Source of the DNA: Candidatus Aminicenantes bacterium
GTDB taxonomy: Bacteria; Acidobacteriota; Aminicenantia; Aminicenantales; JAFGBC01
Direction of reading: 5' to 3'
Length of the DNA: 64,000 nucleotides
Assembly (NCBI GenBank): GCA_963702005.1
Contig: OY969696.1
Location: forward strand, 2,080,001 to 2,144,000
The notes under the pieces were generated by a model that had not been told where the DNA came from, searched no databases, and saw only the letters and a program-made list of their open reading frames with translations. This document shows, piece after piece, positions 1 through 8,176 of the stretch (position 1 is its first letter; every line of letters starts with the position of its first letter). The position numbers were made by a program, and so were the translations under genes.

Positions 1-1
1 C

Positions 2-304
2 GGTCAATTAAATGTATATCTCTCGGCGGCCGATGACCTGCTTCGTCATCATGACGACAGGCCGACGATCGGCCTGCTCCTTTGCCGTTCGAAGAATAGG
101 ATTGTGGTGGAATATGCTCTCAGGAATCTGAACAAACCCATCGGCGTCGCCCAATGGGAAACGACTGTCGTCAAGTCGCTTCCGAAGGAATTGAAGGGAA
201 TTCTGCCGACCGTTCAAGAAATCGAGGCCGAGTTTAGCGGAAACGTTGATGTCGAGCTGCCTATTCCCGAGAAAAGGCCCGTAATTAGGGGCCGGAAAGT
301 ATAG
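2..304 (+). CDS. YhcG/DUF1016-family PD-(D/E)XK nuclease, C-terminal part (runs off the window start)
   Basis: The frame from nt 2 reads GQLNVYLSAADDLLRHHDDRPTIGLLLCRSKNRIVVEYAL...LPTVQEIEAE, the typical DUF1016 C-terminus. Confidence 0.85.
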   Translation, partial: GQLNVYLSAADDLLRHHDDRPTIGLLLCRSKNRIVVEYALRNLNKPIGVAQWETTVVKSLPKELKGILPTVQEIEAEFSGNVDVELPIPEKRPVIRGRKV

Positions 305-368
305 TCGCCACACCCCTTGGTCGCCTGATGTATCGGGCATTGTGCAGCGGCTTGCTGCGCAATTGCTC

Positions 369-1007
369 CTATTTTGGTGCGCGACGAGTCAGCCGTTTTC
401 CAGCCAATCGCCCAAGCTCATCGTCGTTTCCGATTAGGAAGATCTTCGGTCCGTTAAGGACAGACGTCAGGAACGGATGTTTTTCTCTAACCTTCGATCG
501 AAATTCGGCCTCGGCATAGACCGTAGGGTTGATCTCGCGCCCGAGGGTCTCCTGCGTGGCCTGGAGATTCAACACCACGTCCGAGAACGACGCCTCACCG
601 ACGACTAGCAGATCAACGTCGCTCGCCCGCTTTTCCTCTCCCCGGGCGACCGATCCGTAAAGGAAGGCGACTTTGATCAAGCTTGCGATCGGGGATAGCG
701 CATTGCGCAGAGCATCGCTGAAGCCCGCGGTCTTGGCCACCAGGCTCTTGAGTTCGGGGAAGATCGGAGATTGGGGATTAGCTTGGAAGTAGACCTGCCG
801 GCCGCTGACCGCGCGGCGGAGGATTTCGGCCTCGGTCAGCAGTCTGAGCTCCCGCTGCACCGGACCCAGGCCGCAGCCGCTGGCCCGGACGATCTGCCGT
901 AGATAAAAGCTCTCGTCGGCGTGGGTGAAGAGTAATGAAAGAATGGCCCGCCGCGTTTTCCCGAAGAGAATATTCGCCGGCCCCGAAAAATCGATTTCTG
1001 TTCCCAT
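369..1007 (-). CDS. wHTH + minimal nucleotidyltransferase (MNT-type antitoxin)
   Basis: N-terminal ArsR-like HTH (YLRQIVRASGCGLGPVQREL) and NTase motif LYGSVARGEEKRASDVDLLVV. Start ATG 1007 is chosen because the longer ORF overlaps the promoter. Confidence 0.85.
   Translation of the reverse strand: MGTEIDFSGPANILFGKTRRAILSLLFTHADESFYLRQIVRASGCGLGPVQRELRLLTEAEILRRAVSGRQVYFQANPQSPIFPELKSLVAKTAGFSDALRNALSPIASLIKVAFLYGSVARGEEKRASDVDLLVVGEASFSDVVLNLQATQETLGREINPTVYAEAEFRSKVREKHPFLTSVLNGPKIFLIGNDDELGRLAGKRLTRRAPK
374..421 (-). pseudogene. 5' remnant of the HEPN-like partner gene of the MNT protein
   Basis: ATG at 421 overlaps the end of the MNT gene and reads MSLGDWLENG*LVAHQ. TGA (391-389) sits where such partners usually have Trp, and similarity then ends. 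Confidence 0.55.
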
Positions 1008-1010
1008 TTT

Positions 1011-1046
1011 GGTTACAATTGTAACCCAATTGATTACGACAGTCAA
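1011..1046 (-). promoter_or_regulatory. sigma70-type promoter with palindromic operator
   Basis: TTGACT (1046-1041), 17 bp, TACAAT (1023-1018). A perfect 16-bp palindrome GGTTACAATTGTAACC (1011-1026) overlaps the -10. Confidence 0.65.
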
Positions 1047-1053
1047 TCCCCGG

Positions 1054-1139
1054 GAATTCTAGGGACATGTACTAAATTAAGAAATTTGGTAACGTGTCCC
1101 TAGAATTCGCTCCCTATGTAGTGCGTGTCCCCAGAATTC
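1054..1139. repeat. REP-like palindrome family A, copy 1 (hairpin plus extra right arm)
   Basis: GAATTCTAGGGACA...TGTCCCTAGAATTC (1054-1108), then GTGTCCCCAGAATTC. Confidence 0.85.
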
Positions 1140-1254
1140 CCCATGAGACTCCCTCTGCGCTGGCGGCGTCTCTTCCCTTGACGGGCCCTTTCAGTCAAGT
1201 GTACAATTAAACTGCACAATTCGCTGACGGCCGGCAATCGGCCGGGAGGGCCGC

Positions 1255-1521
1255 ATGAAAGCTACGGTGCTCGACCTGAGGAGACGCATGAAAGACGTCC
1301 TGAGCGCGCTCAAAAGGAACGAGTCCGTAACCCTCGTGCGCCGCGGAAAGGTCGTCGGCGTGATCCATCCCCTCGAAACGGACCCGATTTCGCGAGGCCA
1401 TCATCGCGCTCGCCGCGCCTCATCGCACCCCGCGTTCGGGCTGTGGAAGGACCGAGCCGACATGAAGGACGTCAAAGCGTTCGTCGAGAGGCTGCGCGGA
1501 GGCCGGTTCGATGCTCTTTGA
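1255..1521 (+). CDS. Phd/YefM-like antitoxin
   Basis: MKATVLDLRRRMKDVLSALKRNESVTLVRRGKVVGVIHP; overlaps the downstream PIN gene. Confidence 0.8.
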   Translation: MKATVLDLRRRMKDVLSALKRNESVTLVRRGKVVGVIHPLETDPISRGHHRARRASSHPAFGLWKDRADMKDVKAFVERLRGGRFDAL

Positions 1522-1897
1522 CACGGACGTCCTAATCTGGATTTTCCGGGGCGACGCGAAAGCCGCCCGCCTGATCGACGCAACGCCGGACCACCTCATC
1601 TCGGTTGTAAGCTTCATGGAGCTGCTGCAGGGCTCCAGGGACAGACGTGAAGCCCGCCTTATTAAGAGTTTTCTCTCCGACCTCGGTTTTCAGACTCTGC
1701 CCCTGACGGAGAACATTGGGCATCGGGCAAGCGTCTATATGGAAGAATACGGCCTTAAATCCGGCCTTCGCGTTGCGGATGCCCTGATTGCGGCGACGGC
1801 CGTCGAGAACGGCTTGTCGTTATGCACCGGCGACCGAACCCATTTCGGATCCATCGCCGATCTCGCCCTCAAGCTTTTCCGTCCGGAAAAAGGTTGA
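1511..1897 (+). CDS. vapC: VapC PIN-domain toxin
   Basis: LFDTDVLI...ELLQG...DALIAATA...LCTGD PIN acidic motifs; 128 aa. Confidence 0.9.
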   Translation: MLFDTDVLIWIFRGDAKAARLIDATPDHLISVVSFMELLQGSRDRREARLIKSFLSDLGFQTLPLTENIGHRASVYMEEYGLKSGLRVADALIAATAVENGLSLCTGDRTHFGSIADLALKLFRPEKG

Positions 1898-1920
1898 CTT
1901 CATCCTTTTCGTATAAAACC

Positions 1921-1995
1921 GGGGTCAAACCTACACTTTGTCACTTAGTGCAATTTGCTTATTTTCACTTTTTGATAAAGTGTAGGTTTGACCCC
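1921..1995. repeat. REP-like palindrome family B, copy 1
   Basis: GGGGTCAAACCTACACTTT ... AAAGTGTAGGTTTGACCCC inverted arms around an AT-rich loop. Confidence 0.85.
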
Positions 1996-2090
1996 GAACT
2001 CGGGGATGACCCCGATCCTGACTGAGAGAAACCTCGCGGCGTCGACGTCCCTCTGATCTCGGCGAACCCAATATAAGCCAGAAAAATAAC

Positions 2091-2142
2091 CAAATGTATA
2101 TCATTAATTGACAAAAAGAGTATCTAAATGTATATTAATAAT
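2091..2142 (+). promoter_or_regulatory. promoter with direct-repeat operator
   Basis: TTGACA (2108-2113), 17 bp, TATATT (2131-2136); AAATGTATAT occurs twice. Confidence 0.5.
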
Positions 2143-2151
2143 GAACAAATC

Positions 2152-3321
2152 ATGTTTATCGATCGAGCACTCCTTTCCAAAATTCGGCCTGCCCTTGAAT
2201 CTCCGGAATCTATCATCATAACGGGCATGCGAAGGACGGGGAAAACCTCACTCCTCCGGCACCTGTACGGGCTCGTCCCGGCTGAAAACAGGCTTTTCCT
2301 GGACCTGGAAAACCCCCTGAACAGGAAATACTTCGAGGAAGAGAACTACGAGAAGATCAAATCCAACCTCGTGTTTCTCGGCCTCGACTTCAACCGTCGG
2401 GCTCACGTTTTTCTTGACGAAATCCAGTACCAGAGGAATCTCCCCTCCGTCGCCAAATACTTGGCCGATCATAACGACATCAAATTCTTCATGACCGGAT
2501 CGGCCGGATTCGCCGTCAAGAATCTCTTCACGGAGACCCTCGCCGGTCGGAAACGCCTTTTCGAGCTTTTACCGCTGACCTTCCGCGAGTTCCTTCTGTT
2601 CAAAGACAGCCGGCTCATCCTTCTCGAAGATCCGAGAGCGGTCAACCGGTCCATTTTCGACACTATCCTTCCGCTGTATGACGAATACCTGGCCTTCGGA
2701 GGGTTCCCCGGCGTCGTTCTCAAAGCCTCCGCCGAGGAGAAACGGGAGGCGCTGGACGAAATTTTCACTTCCTACTTCAACCAGGACGTCATCCAGCTCG
2801 GCGACTTCCGCAGGAACGCCGTCTTGCGCGATTTCATTCTCCTGCTCGCAGCCCGGATCGGGTCGAAACTCGACATCCAGAAGATCTCCCGGGAGCTGGG
2901 GATCTCCCGGCTGACCCTTAACGACTACCTGGCCTTTCTCGAGGGGACGTCCTTCCTCCAGCTGGTGCGTCCTCTGACAAGCGGGAGAAACGGAGAGATC
3001 CGCAAGGCGCCCAAGGTGTACCTGTGCGATTCCGGCCTGGCCCGACACTTGGCGCGCCCGGACGCCGGACTCCTTTTTGAAAACAGCGTTTTTCAGAACC
3101 TGCGTCCGAAGGGCGAACTCCGCTATTTCCAGAAAAAGAACGGGCCGGAGATTGATTTCATTCTGGACCGCAGGGCCGGTTTCGAAGTCAAGCAGTCTCC
3201 GCAGCCTGCCGACTTGAATCGACTCAAATCGTCAGCCGCGAGGATGGGACTTGAAAGCTGGGTCGTAGTCGCCCGAAACTACAGCGACCTTGACGGCGTC
3301 ACATACGGATTCATGATCTGA
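2152..3321 (+). CDS. AAA_14 ATPase with DUF4143 (wHTH + PD-(D/E)XK-like) C-terminus
   Basis: Walker A GMRRTGKT, Walker B VFLDEIQ, TGS, GGFP, KVYLCDSG, FEN, EIDF...FEVK. Start 2152 is preferred because ATG 2128 lies inside the promoter. Confidence 0.9.
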   Translation: MFIDRALLSKIRPALESPESIIITGMRRTGKTSLLRHLYGLVPAENRLFLDLENPLNRKYFEEENYEKIKSNLVFLGLDFNRRAHVFLDEIQYQRNLPSVAKYLADHNDIKFFMTGSAGFAVKNLFTETLAGRKRLFELLPLTFREFLLFKDSRLILLEDPRAVNRSIFDTILPLYDEYLAFGGFPGVVLKASAEEKREALDEIFTSYFNQDVIQLGDFRRNAVLRDFILLLAARIGSKLDIQKISRELGISRLTLNDYLAFLEGTSFLQLVRPLTSGRNGEIRKAPKVYLCDSGLARHLARPDAGLLFENSVFQNLRPKGELRYFQKKNGPEIDFILDRRAGFEVKQSPQPADLNRLKSSAARMGLESWVVVARNYSDLDGVTYGFMI

Positions 3322-3374
3322 AATAAGGGGACATGTACCAAATTTCTTAATTTGGTAACGTGTCCCCTTATTTC
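3320..3374. repeat. REP-like palindrome family A, copy 2
   Basis: GAAATAAGGGGACA...TGTCCCCTTATTTC with the same inner stem (TACCAAATT/AATTTGGTA) as copy 1; overlaps the ATPase stop codon. Confidence 0.85.
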
Positions 3375-3590
3375 GCACCATAAAACGCCCGGGATTTCTA
3401 GCGGAGGGGACAATGCCCTGCTAGTCCCCGGAGCGGGTTCTTCGCAATGACCTGATCGTATGGTGCTGGGATCAACAGCGGAGGGGATTGACCCCGTTTC
3501 TCCTTGACGACCGGGGCGGCTAAACTATATCATTACCTCTTGGAAAAGAATCGGGGGACCATGTCTCGGTGCGGAAATCTTGCACGAAAG

Positions 3591-4191
3591 CTTTACAGGC
3601 TGCCCCGTGGCTTGCCACGGGGTGGAATGTATGCCTTGCCGAGGGGGTGATCAGGGGGACCGGAAAGTCCCCCTTATCCACAAAGGCCCTTGCTCGGGAA
3701 TATGGTAGAGTATATGGGTGACGCTGAAACGGACGAGTCATTCGGTCTACGACACGTCCTACCATCTGGTCTGGTGTCCGAAGTACCGGAAGAAGATATT
3801 CGAGCGGGTGGAAGTCCGGGAACGAGCGAAACAGATCGTGGGAGAGATTTGCGAATCGTACGATATTGAAATCATCGAGATGGAAATTACCGAAGATCAT
3901 ATTCATTTGCTAGTATCATTTCCGCCATCGCGATCGATCGGGGAGGTCGTCAGGATCATAAAGAGCATGAGTGGGAGGGGGTTGTTTCGCGAGTTTGCGG
4001 GCTTGAAAAAGAAGCTATGGGGCGGGGAAGTGTGGGAGGACGGATATTTCGCAAGGACGGTCGGAGACCGGATGACGAGGGATGTGATCGCGAAGTACAT
4101 CGTCAGTCACCGAGAACTGGAGCAAGGGCCTGCGCAGCTGGCCTTGAAGCTGCGCTCCTAATGCCCCGCGGCTTGCCGCGGGGATCTTTAC
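3591..4191 (+). mobile_element. IS200/IS605-family element (tnpA only); ends approximate
   Basis: Subterminal hairpins CCCCGTGGCTTGCCACGGGG (3603-3622) and CCCCGCGGCTTGCCGCGGGG (4164-4183) flank tnpA. CTTTAC occurs at 3591-3596 and 4186-4191. Confidence 0.85.
3718..4161 (+). CDS. tnpA: IS200/IS605 Y1 HUH transposase
   Basis: YHLVWCPKYRKK, HUH motif DHIHLL, WEDGYFARTVG, catalytic Tyr in IAKYI. Confidence 0.95.
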   Translation: MTLKRTSHSVYDTSYHLVWCPKYRKKIFERVEVRERAKQIVGEICESYDIEIIEMEITEDHIHLLVSFPPSRSIGEVVRIIKSMSGRGLFREFAGLKKKLWGGEVWEDGYFARTVGDRMTRDVIAKYIVSHRELEQGPAQLALKLRS

Positions 4192-4195
4192 TTTC

Positions 4196-4218
4196 TGACA
4201 AAGTGTAGGTTTGACCCC
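4196..4218. repeat. REP-like family B, right arm only
   Basis: TGACAAAGTGTAGGTTTGACCCC between the IS end and the Hsp70 ATG. Confidence 0.8.
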
Positions 4219-4220
4219 AG

Positions 4221-6680
4221 ATGAAGAACCGGCTTGAGGAATTGATCCCTTGTTTCGATTTCGCCGGCGCCCGCGAAATCAGGGCCCTGGGCATCGACCT
4301 GGGCACGACGAATTCCACGGCCGCCGAGGTCGTCCTCAAGCCCGGCGCGGCGCCCGTCTGCCGCACGCTCGATATAGACCAGACGACCCGAGAGGGCGTC
4401 TACACCAGCCCTCTCGTTCCCTCGGTCGTCGCCATTCTCCCTGACGGGGCCGTCTGGGTAGGGGAGGGGGCCAAGCGCCTCCGGGCCTTTCCGCAGGAAT
4501 ACGACCTGTCGTTCGAGAAGAACCTTTTCTACGACACGAAAAACGAGATGGGCCTGCGCAAGACCTACCACCGCGCCCCGGCCGACTTCAACCACGCCTC
4601 CAAAATCGGAGGTCACGTCCTCCGCTTCCTGGCTGCCTCGTCCGAAAAGCTAATCGGCGCCGCCCCCGATATCGTCTCGGTCACGGTCCCGGCCTCGTTC
4701 CAGCTCAACCAGCGCCGCGACACGCTCCTGGCCGCCCAGTCCGCCGGCCTTTCGACCGCGGACGACGATCTCCTCGACGAGCCGACGGCCGCCCTGACGG
4801 ATTACATCCTGACCAACGGGGCCGATGCCGTCATCGCGCCCGCCCGACGCCGCCCCTCCCTCTGCGTCGTCTTCGACTTCGGCGGCGGCACCTGCGACGT
4901 CTCGGTCATCGAGATCTCGCGCAACCCCGACCCCTCGTCCACCGTCCCCGCCGACTCCGGCGGCCTCGGCCTGAGCCAGCTCTCGATCTCCCGCTACCAC
5001 CGCCTGGGCGGCGGCGACATCGACGCGGCGATCGTCCACGAGGTCCTCATCCCAGGCCTCCTGGCCGAGAACGGCCTTTCGCCCCTCGACTTGACCTGGG
5101 CCCAGAAGAAAAAAGGCCTTGAACCTCAGCTCCTGGGCAAGGCCGAAGCGCTCAAGATCGCTCTCTGCCGCGAAGTCGAACGCCTCCTCAAGTTCGACAA
5201 ATATACCGATGCGGATAAACCCAACATCGCCGCCCGCCAGCCCTCGATCGCCTGCGTCCTGGGCGACAGGACCCTGCGCCTGTCCCAGCCCTCGCTCTCA
5301 GCGCTCGATTTCGAGAAGCTCTTAACGCCCTTCCTCGACTCCGATTTCCTCTACGCCCGCGAGACCGAATTCCGGCTGACCCAGTCCATCTTCGCCCCGA
5401 TCGAGGATGCCCTGAGCCGTGCCCGTAAAGACCGGGAAGATATCGACTTCTGCCTTCTAGTCGGCGGGAGCACGCTCATCCCCCAGGTCCGGGAAGCCCT
5501 CCACAGTTTCTTTCCCAGCAGCCGCCTGGGGCTTTTCGAATCCCACCTCGACGCCCAACTCTCCGTCGCGCGCGGCGCCGCCTGGAACGCCGCGATCAAG
5601 GCCGCGACCGGCCGGCCGCTCATCCAGCCCGTCCTCCACGACGGAATCGCGCTCGTCACCTCCGAGGGAAAGCTCGACGTCCTCATCCCCTCGGGAACGC
5701 CGCTTCCCTTCCCCCCGGACGGCTCTTACCTTTCCGAGAAACTTATGGTTCCGTGCCCCTCCGTGCCCCAATCAGCCGACTACCCGCGCGAGCTCCGCTT
5801 CGAGGTCGTCGGCCAGGAGGACCGCCAGCACATTTTCGATGCGATCTGGACGCTCCCTACGGAAATCTCCCCCGGCGACGAGATCGTCATGGAATACCGG
5901 TTCACGGCCGGCAAACAATTCGAATGCCGCGCCTCCTTCCCCAAACGTCCCTCCCGGCCACTCGAGCAAACCGTCGAGAATCCGCTCGTCAACGTCGCCA
6001 ATCCCAACGCCGTCCAGGTCCGGATCGAGGAGGCCGAGGAAAAGCTCCGCCGCCGCGAGATCGAAGGCGCCCCTGCAGAGCGGGACGCCTATTTCCAGCT
6101 GGCCCAATGGTACTCCGAGCTCAACCAGCGCGAGAAGGCGCTCGATTACCTGCGCACGGCTCAGACCAGGGTCCGGGTGCCCGATCCCAAGATCCTCAAC
6201 CTCCAGGGTATTTACCTGATGGAACTCGGCGACCTCGAGCGAGGCAAGAAAGCGTTCCTCGACGCGGACCAAGCCGCTCCGAACTGGGGAGGACCCTTGT
6301 TCAACCTTGCCCTCAATTTCAGGCGAAGGGGGTTCCATGAGGAAGCCCTGAAAACCATAGATTGGGCGATCCAAAAAGTCGGTATTCAGGGTTCGCTGGC
6401 GGGTCTCAAATCCCTCTGTCTCGAATCCCTCGGCCGCGGCGATGAAGCCAGGACGGCGGCCGGCGTCGCCCTGAAATCGTTCCCTCCGCCGCGTGCCCTC
6501 GAGGATTGGGATCTGGGTTGGTATCGAACGATCGCCCGTCTGTTGGGGGACGAGCGGGCCGAAAAGGCCGCCGCTCAGGAGTTCGCCAATCGGAAGAAAA
6601 AGCCCGACGACATGGACATGCGCGAGGGCATTCCGCGCCCCGCCCTCTGGGGCGATAAAGAGACGCGCAAACCCTCATGA
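4221..6680 (+). CDS. Divergent Hsp70-family ATPase with C-terminal TPR repeats
   Basis: GIDLGTTNS, VTVPASF, DEPTAA, FDFGGGTCDVS, LGGGDID, LVGGSTLIPQV, SVARGAA. The C-terminal ~200 aa are TPR-like (AYFQLAQWY, ILNLQGIYL, LFNLALNF). Confidence 0.85.
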   Translation: MKNRLEELIPCFDFAGAREIRALGIDLGTTNSTAAEVVLKPGAAPVCRTLDIDQTTREGVYTSPLVPSVVAILPDGAVWVGEGAKRLRAFPQEYDLSFEKNLFYDTKNEMGLRKTYHRAPADFNHASKIGGHVLRFLAASSEKLIGAAPDIVSVTVPASFQLNQRRDTLLAAQSAGLSTADDDLLDEPTAALTDYILTNGADAVIAPARRRPSLCVVFDFGGGTCDVSVIEISRNPDPSSTVPADSGGLGLSQLSISRYHRLGGGDIDAAIVHEVLIPGLLAENGLSPLDLTWAQKKKGLEPQLLGKAEALKIALCREVERLLKFDKYTDADKPNIAARQPSIACVLGDRTLRLSQPSLSALDFEKLLTPFLDSDFLYARETEFRLTQSIFAPIEDALSRARKDREDIDFCLLVGGSTLIPQVREALHSFFPSSRLGLFESHLDAQLSVARGAAWNAAIKAATGRPLIQPVLHDGIALVTSEGKLDVLIPSGTPLPFPPDGSYLSEKLMVPCPSVPQSADYPRELRFEVVGQEDRQHIFDAIWTLPTEISPGDEIVMEYRFTAGKQFECRASFPKRPSRPLEQTVENPLVNVANPNAVQVRIEEAEEKLRRREIEGAPAERDAYFQLAQWYSELNQREKALDYLRTAQTRVRVPDPKILNLQGIYLMELGDLERGKKAFLDADQAAPNWGGPLFNLALNFRRRGFHEEALKTIDWAIQKVGIQGSLAGLKSLCLESLGRGDEARTAAGVALKSFPPPRALEDWDLGWYRTIARLLGDERAEKAAAQEFANRKKKPDDMDMREGIPRPALWGDKETRKPS

Positions 6681-7957
6681 CGACTTGGCTCCTTCACCAT
6701 ACCGAGTTAACCCCGGACCAGCTCCGCGTCGTGGAGATGCCGCCCGACGAGAACCGGCTCGTCCTCGGCCCTCCCGGGTCGGGGAAGACGCAAATCCTCG
6801 TCCACCGCGCCGCGCACCTGGCCGCGACCTATAATGTGAAGCCCGCCCGCTACCGCGCCTTCGTTTTCACCAACGTCATCCGGGAATACATCCGCTCCGG
6901 CTTCGAGTTCCTGGGCCTTCCCGACGAGACGGTCTCGACGCTCGACTTCTGGACGACGGCGATCTACGAAAAGTATTTCAGCCGGAGGCTGCCCCGCACG
7001 GAGCGCGGCAAATCCATCGATTTCCCGCGGATCCGGCGTGAGGTTCTGAACGTCATCCGGACGCGGAAGGAGCAGCGGAACACGCTCGACTTCGTGCTCG
7101 TGGACGAGGGCCAGGACCTCGGACCCGAAACCTACGAGATCCTGAGCCTGGCCGCACGCCACGTCACGGTCTTCGTCGATCCCCACCAGAAGATCTTCGA
7201 GGAGGGCGCCGACGAGTCCTTCATCAGGGAGAAGCTGGGCATGGCCGCCCGCCAGGTCAGCCTGCTGGCCGCCTATCGGAACGCTCCCTACGTCGCCCAT
7301 CTCGCCTCCCATTTCATCGCCGACGACGCGAAGCGGGCCCAGTACCTGGCCCAGGTCCAGGTCGAGCAGAAGGTCCGGGAGCGGCCGCTTCTTTTTGTCG
7401 CGTCAACTTATGAGCGGGAGCTCGACCGGCTGGCTGAAATCGTCCGCCAGCGCCAGGTCCTCAACGAGCGGATCGGGATCATCGTGCCCACGAACCGCCT
7501 CCTCCACGGGATCGCGAGCGGCCTCGAGGAGCGCGGCGTCCTGGTCGAGAAGGCCATCAAGAAGGAGGAGGGCGGGAAGGTCCAGGTCGTCTGCGATTTC
7601 GGGAACCTCGTCCCCAAGATCGCGACTTTCTTCATGGCCAAGGGCCTGACCTTCGACAGCGTGCTCCTGCCCCGGCTCACCGAGAAGGCTTATCAATGGA
7701 CAAAACGGCAGCAGCGGGGGAGGATGCTGTTCGTGGGGATCGCCCGCGCCACCCAGTGGGTGTACTTGAGTACGGTTGGGGGATTGGGGTTCGAGGAGAT
7801 TGCGGTCCTGCGCGATGCCGCTGCCCAGGGCCACCTGACGATCCAGGAGGAGGCTGGGACAGGGGATACCTGGCGTGCCCGCGATGATGAACGGCCTGGC
7901 CGAAAGGACGGCCGAACCCCTGCCGATAGTGACGATGACGAATTTTCGGTACTTTAA
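6677..7957 (+). CDS. Compact superfamily-1 (UvrD-like) helicase/ATPase
   Basis: LTPDQ, GPPGSGKT, LVDEGQD, DPHQKIF, YRN, AKGLTFD, LFVGIARA; ATGA overlap with the Hsp70 stop. Confidence 0.85.
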   Translation: MTTWLLHHTELTPDQLRVVEMPPDENRLVLGPPGSGKTQILVHRAAHLAATYNVKPARYRAFVFTNVIREYIRSGFEFLGLPDETVSTLDFWTTAIYEKYFSRRLPRTERGKSIDFPRIRREVLNVIRTRKEQRNTLDFVLVDEGQDLGPETYEILSLAARHVTVFVDPHQKIFEEGADESFIREKLGMAARQVSLLAAYRNAPYVAHLASHFIADDAKRAQYLAQVQVEQKVRERPLLFVASTYERELDRLAEIVRQRQVLNERIGIIVPTNRLLHGIASGLEERGVLVEKAIKKEEGGKVQVVCDFGNLVPKIATFFMAKGLTFDSVLLPRLTEKAYQWTKRQQRGRMLFVGIARATQWVYLSTVGGLGFEEIAVLRDAAAQGHLTIQEEAGTGDTWRARDDERPGRKDGRTPADSDDDEFSVL

Positions 7958-7960
7958 AAT

Positions 7961-8099
7961 GGGGACATGTACTAGAATTCTGGGGACATGCTCTAGAATT
8001 CTCTTGAATTCTGGTGCGTGTCCCCAGAATTCACATAAATCGGTTACGTGTCCCCAGAATTCGCTCCACTCTGAATTCTGGTGCGTGTCCCCAGAATTC
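7961..8099. repeat. REP-like family A cluster (two left arms, three right arms)
   Basis: GGGGACATG twice, then CGTGTCCCCAGAATTC three times. Confidence 0.85.
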
Positions 8100-8113
8100 A
8101 TACCTTAATGAGG

Positions 8114-8173
8114 TGTTTACTTCTACTTGACAAAGTAAACAATTTAAGCGTAATTTGTTTACTAAGGTAAACA
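8114..8173 (+). promoter_or_regulatory. promoter with repeated TGTTTAC/GTAAACA operator half-sites
   Basis: TTGACA 8127-8132; TGTTTAC at 8114 and 8156; GTAAACA at 8135 and 8167. Confidence 0.55.
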
Positions 8174-8176
8174 ATC

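Noticed and set aside
3395-3500. Possible structured RNA (two AGCGGAGGGGA copies, TTCGCAATGAC)
   Set aside because: No recognisable riboswitch or ncRNA consensus; more likely repeat debris. An Rfam scan would settle it.
3718-4191. TnpB/omegaRNA system
   Set aside because: The element closes with its right hairpin directly after tnpA; there is no tnpB.
4221-6680. Calling this gene dnaK or hscA
   Set aside because: It has a divergent substrate-binding region, a TPR tail and no co-chaperone genes.
7961-8099. Possible mini CRISPR array (three CGTGTCCCCAGAATTC copies)
   Set aside because: Units are short, spacing is irregular, inverted copies are present, there are no cas genes, and the motif is the dispersed family A arm.
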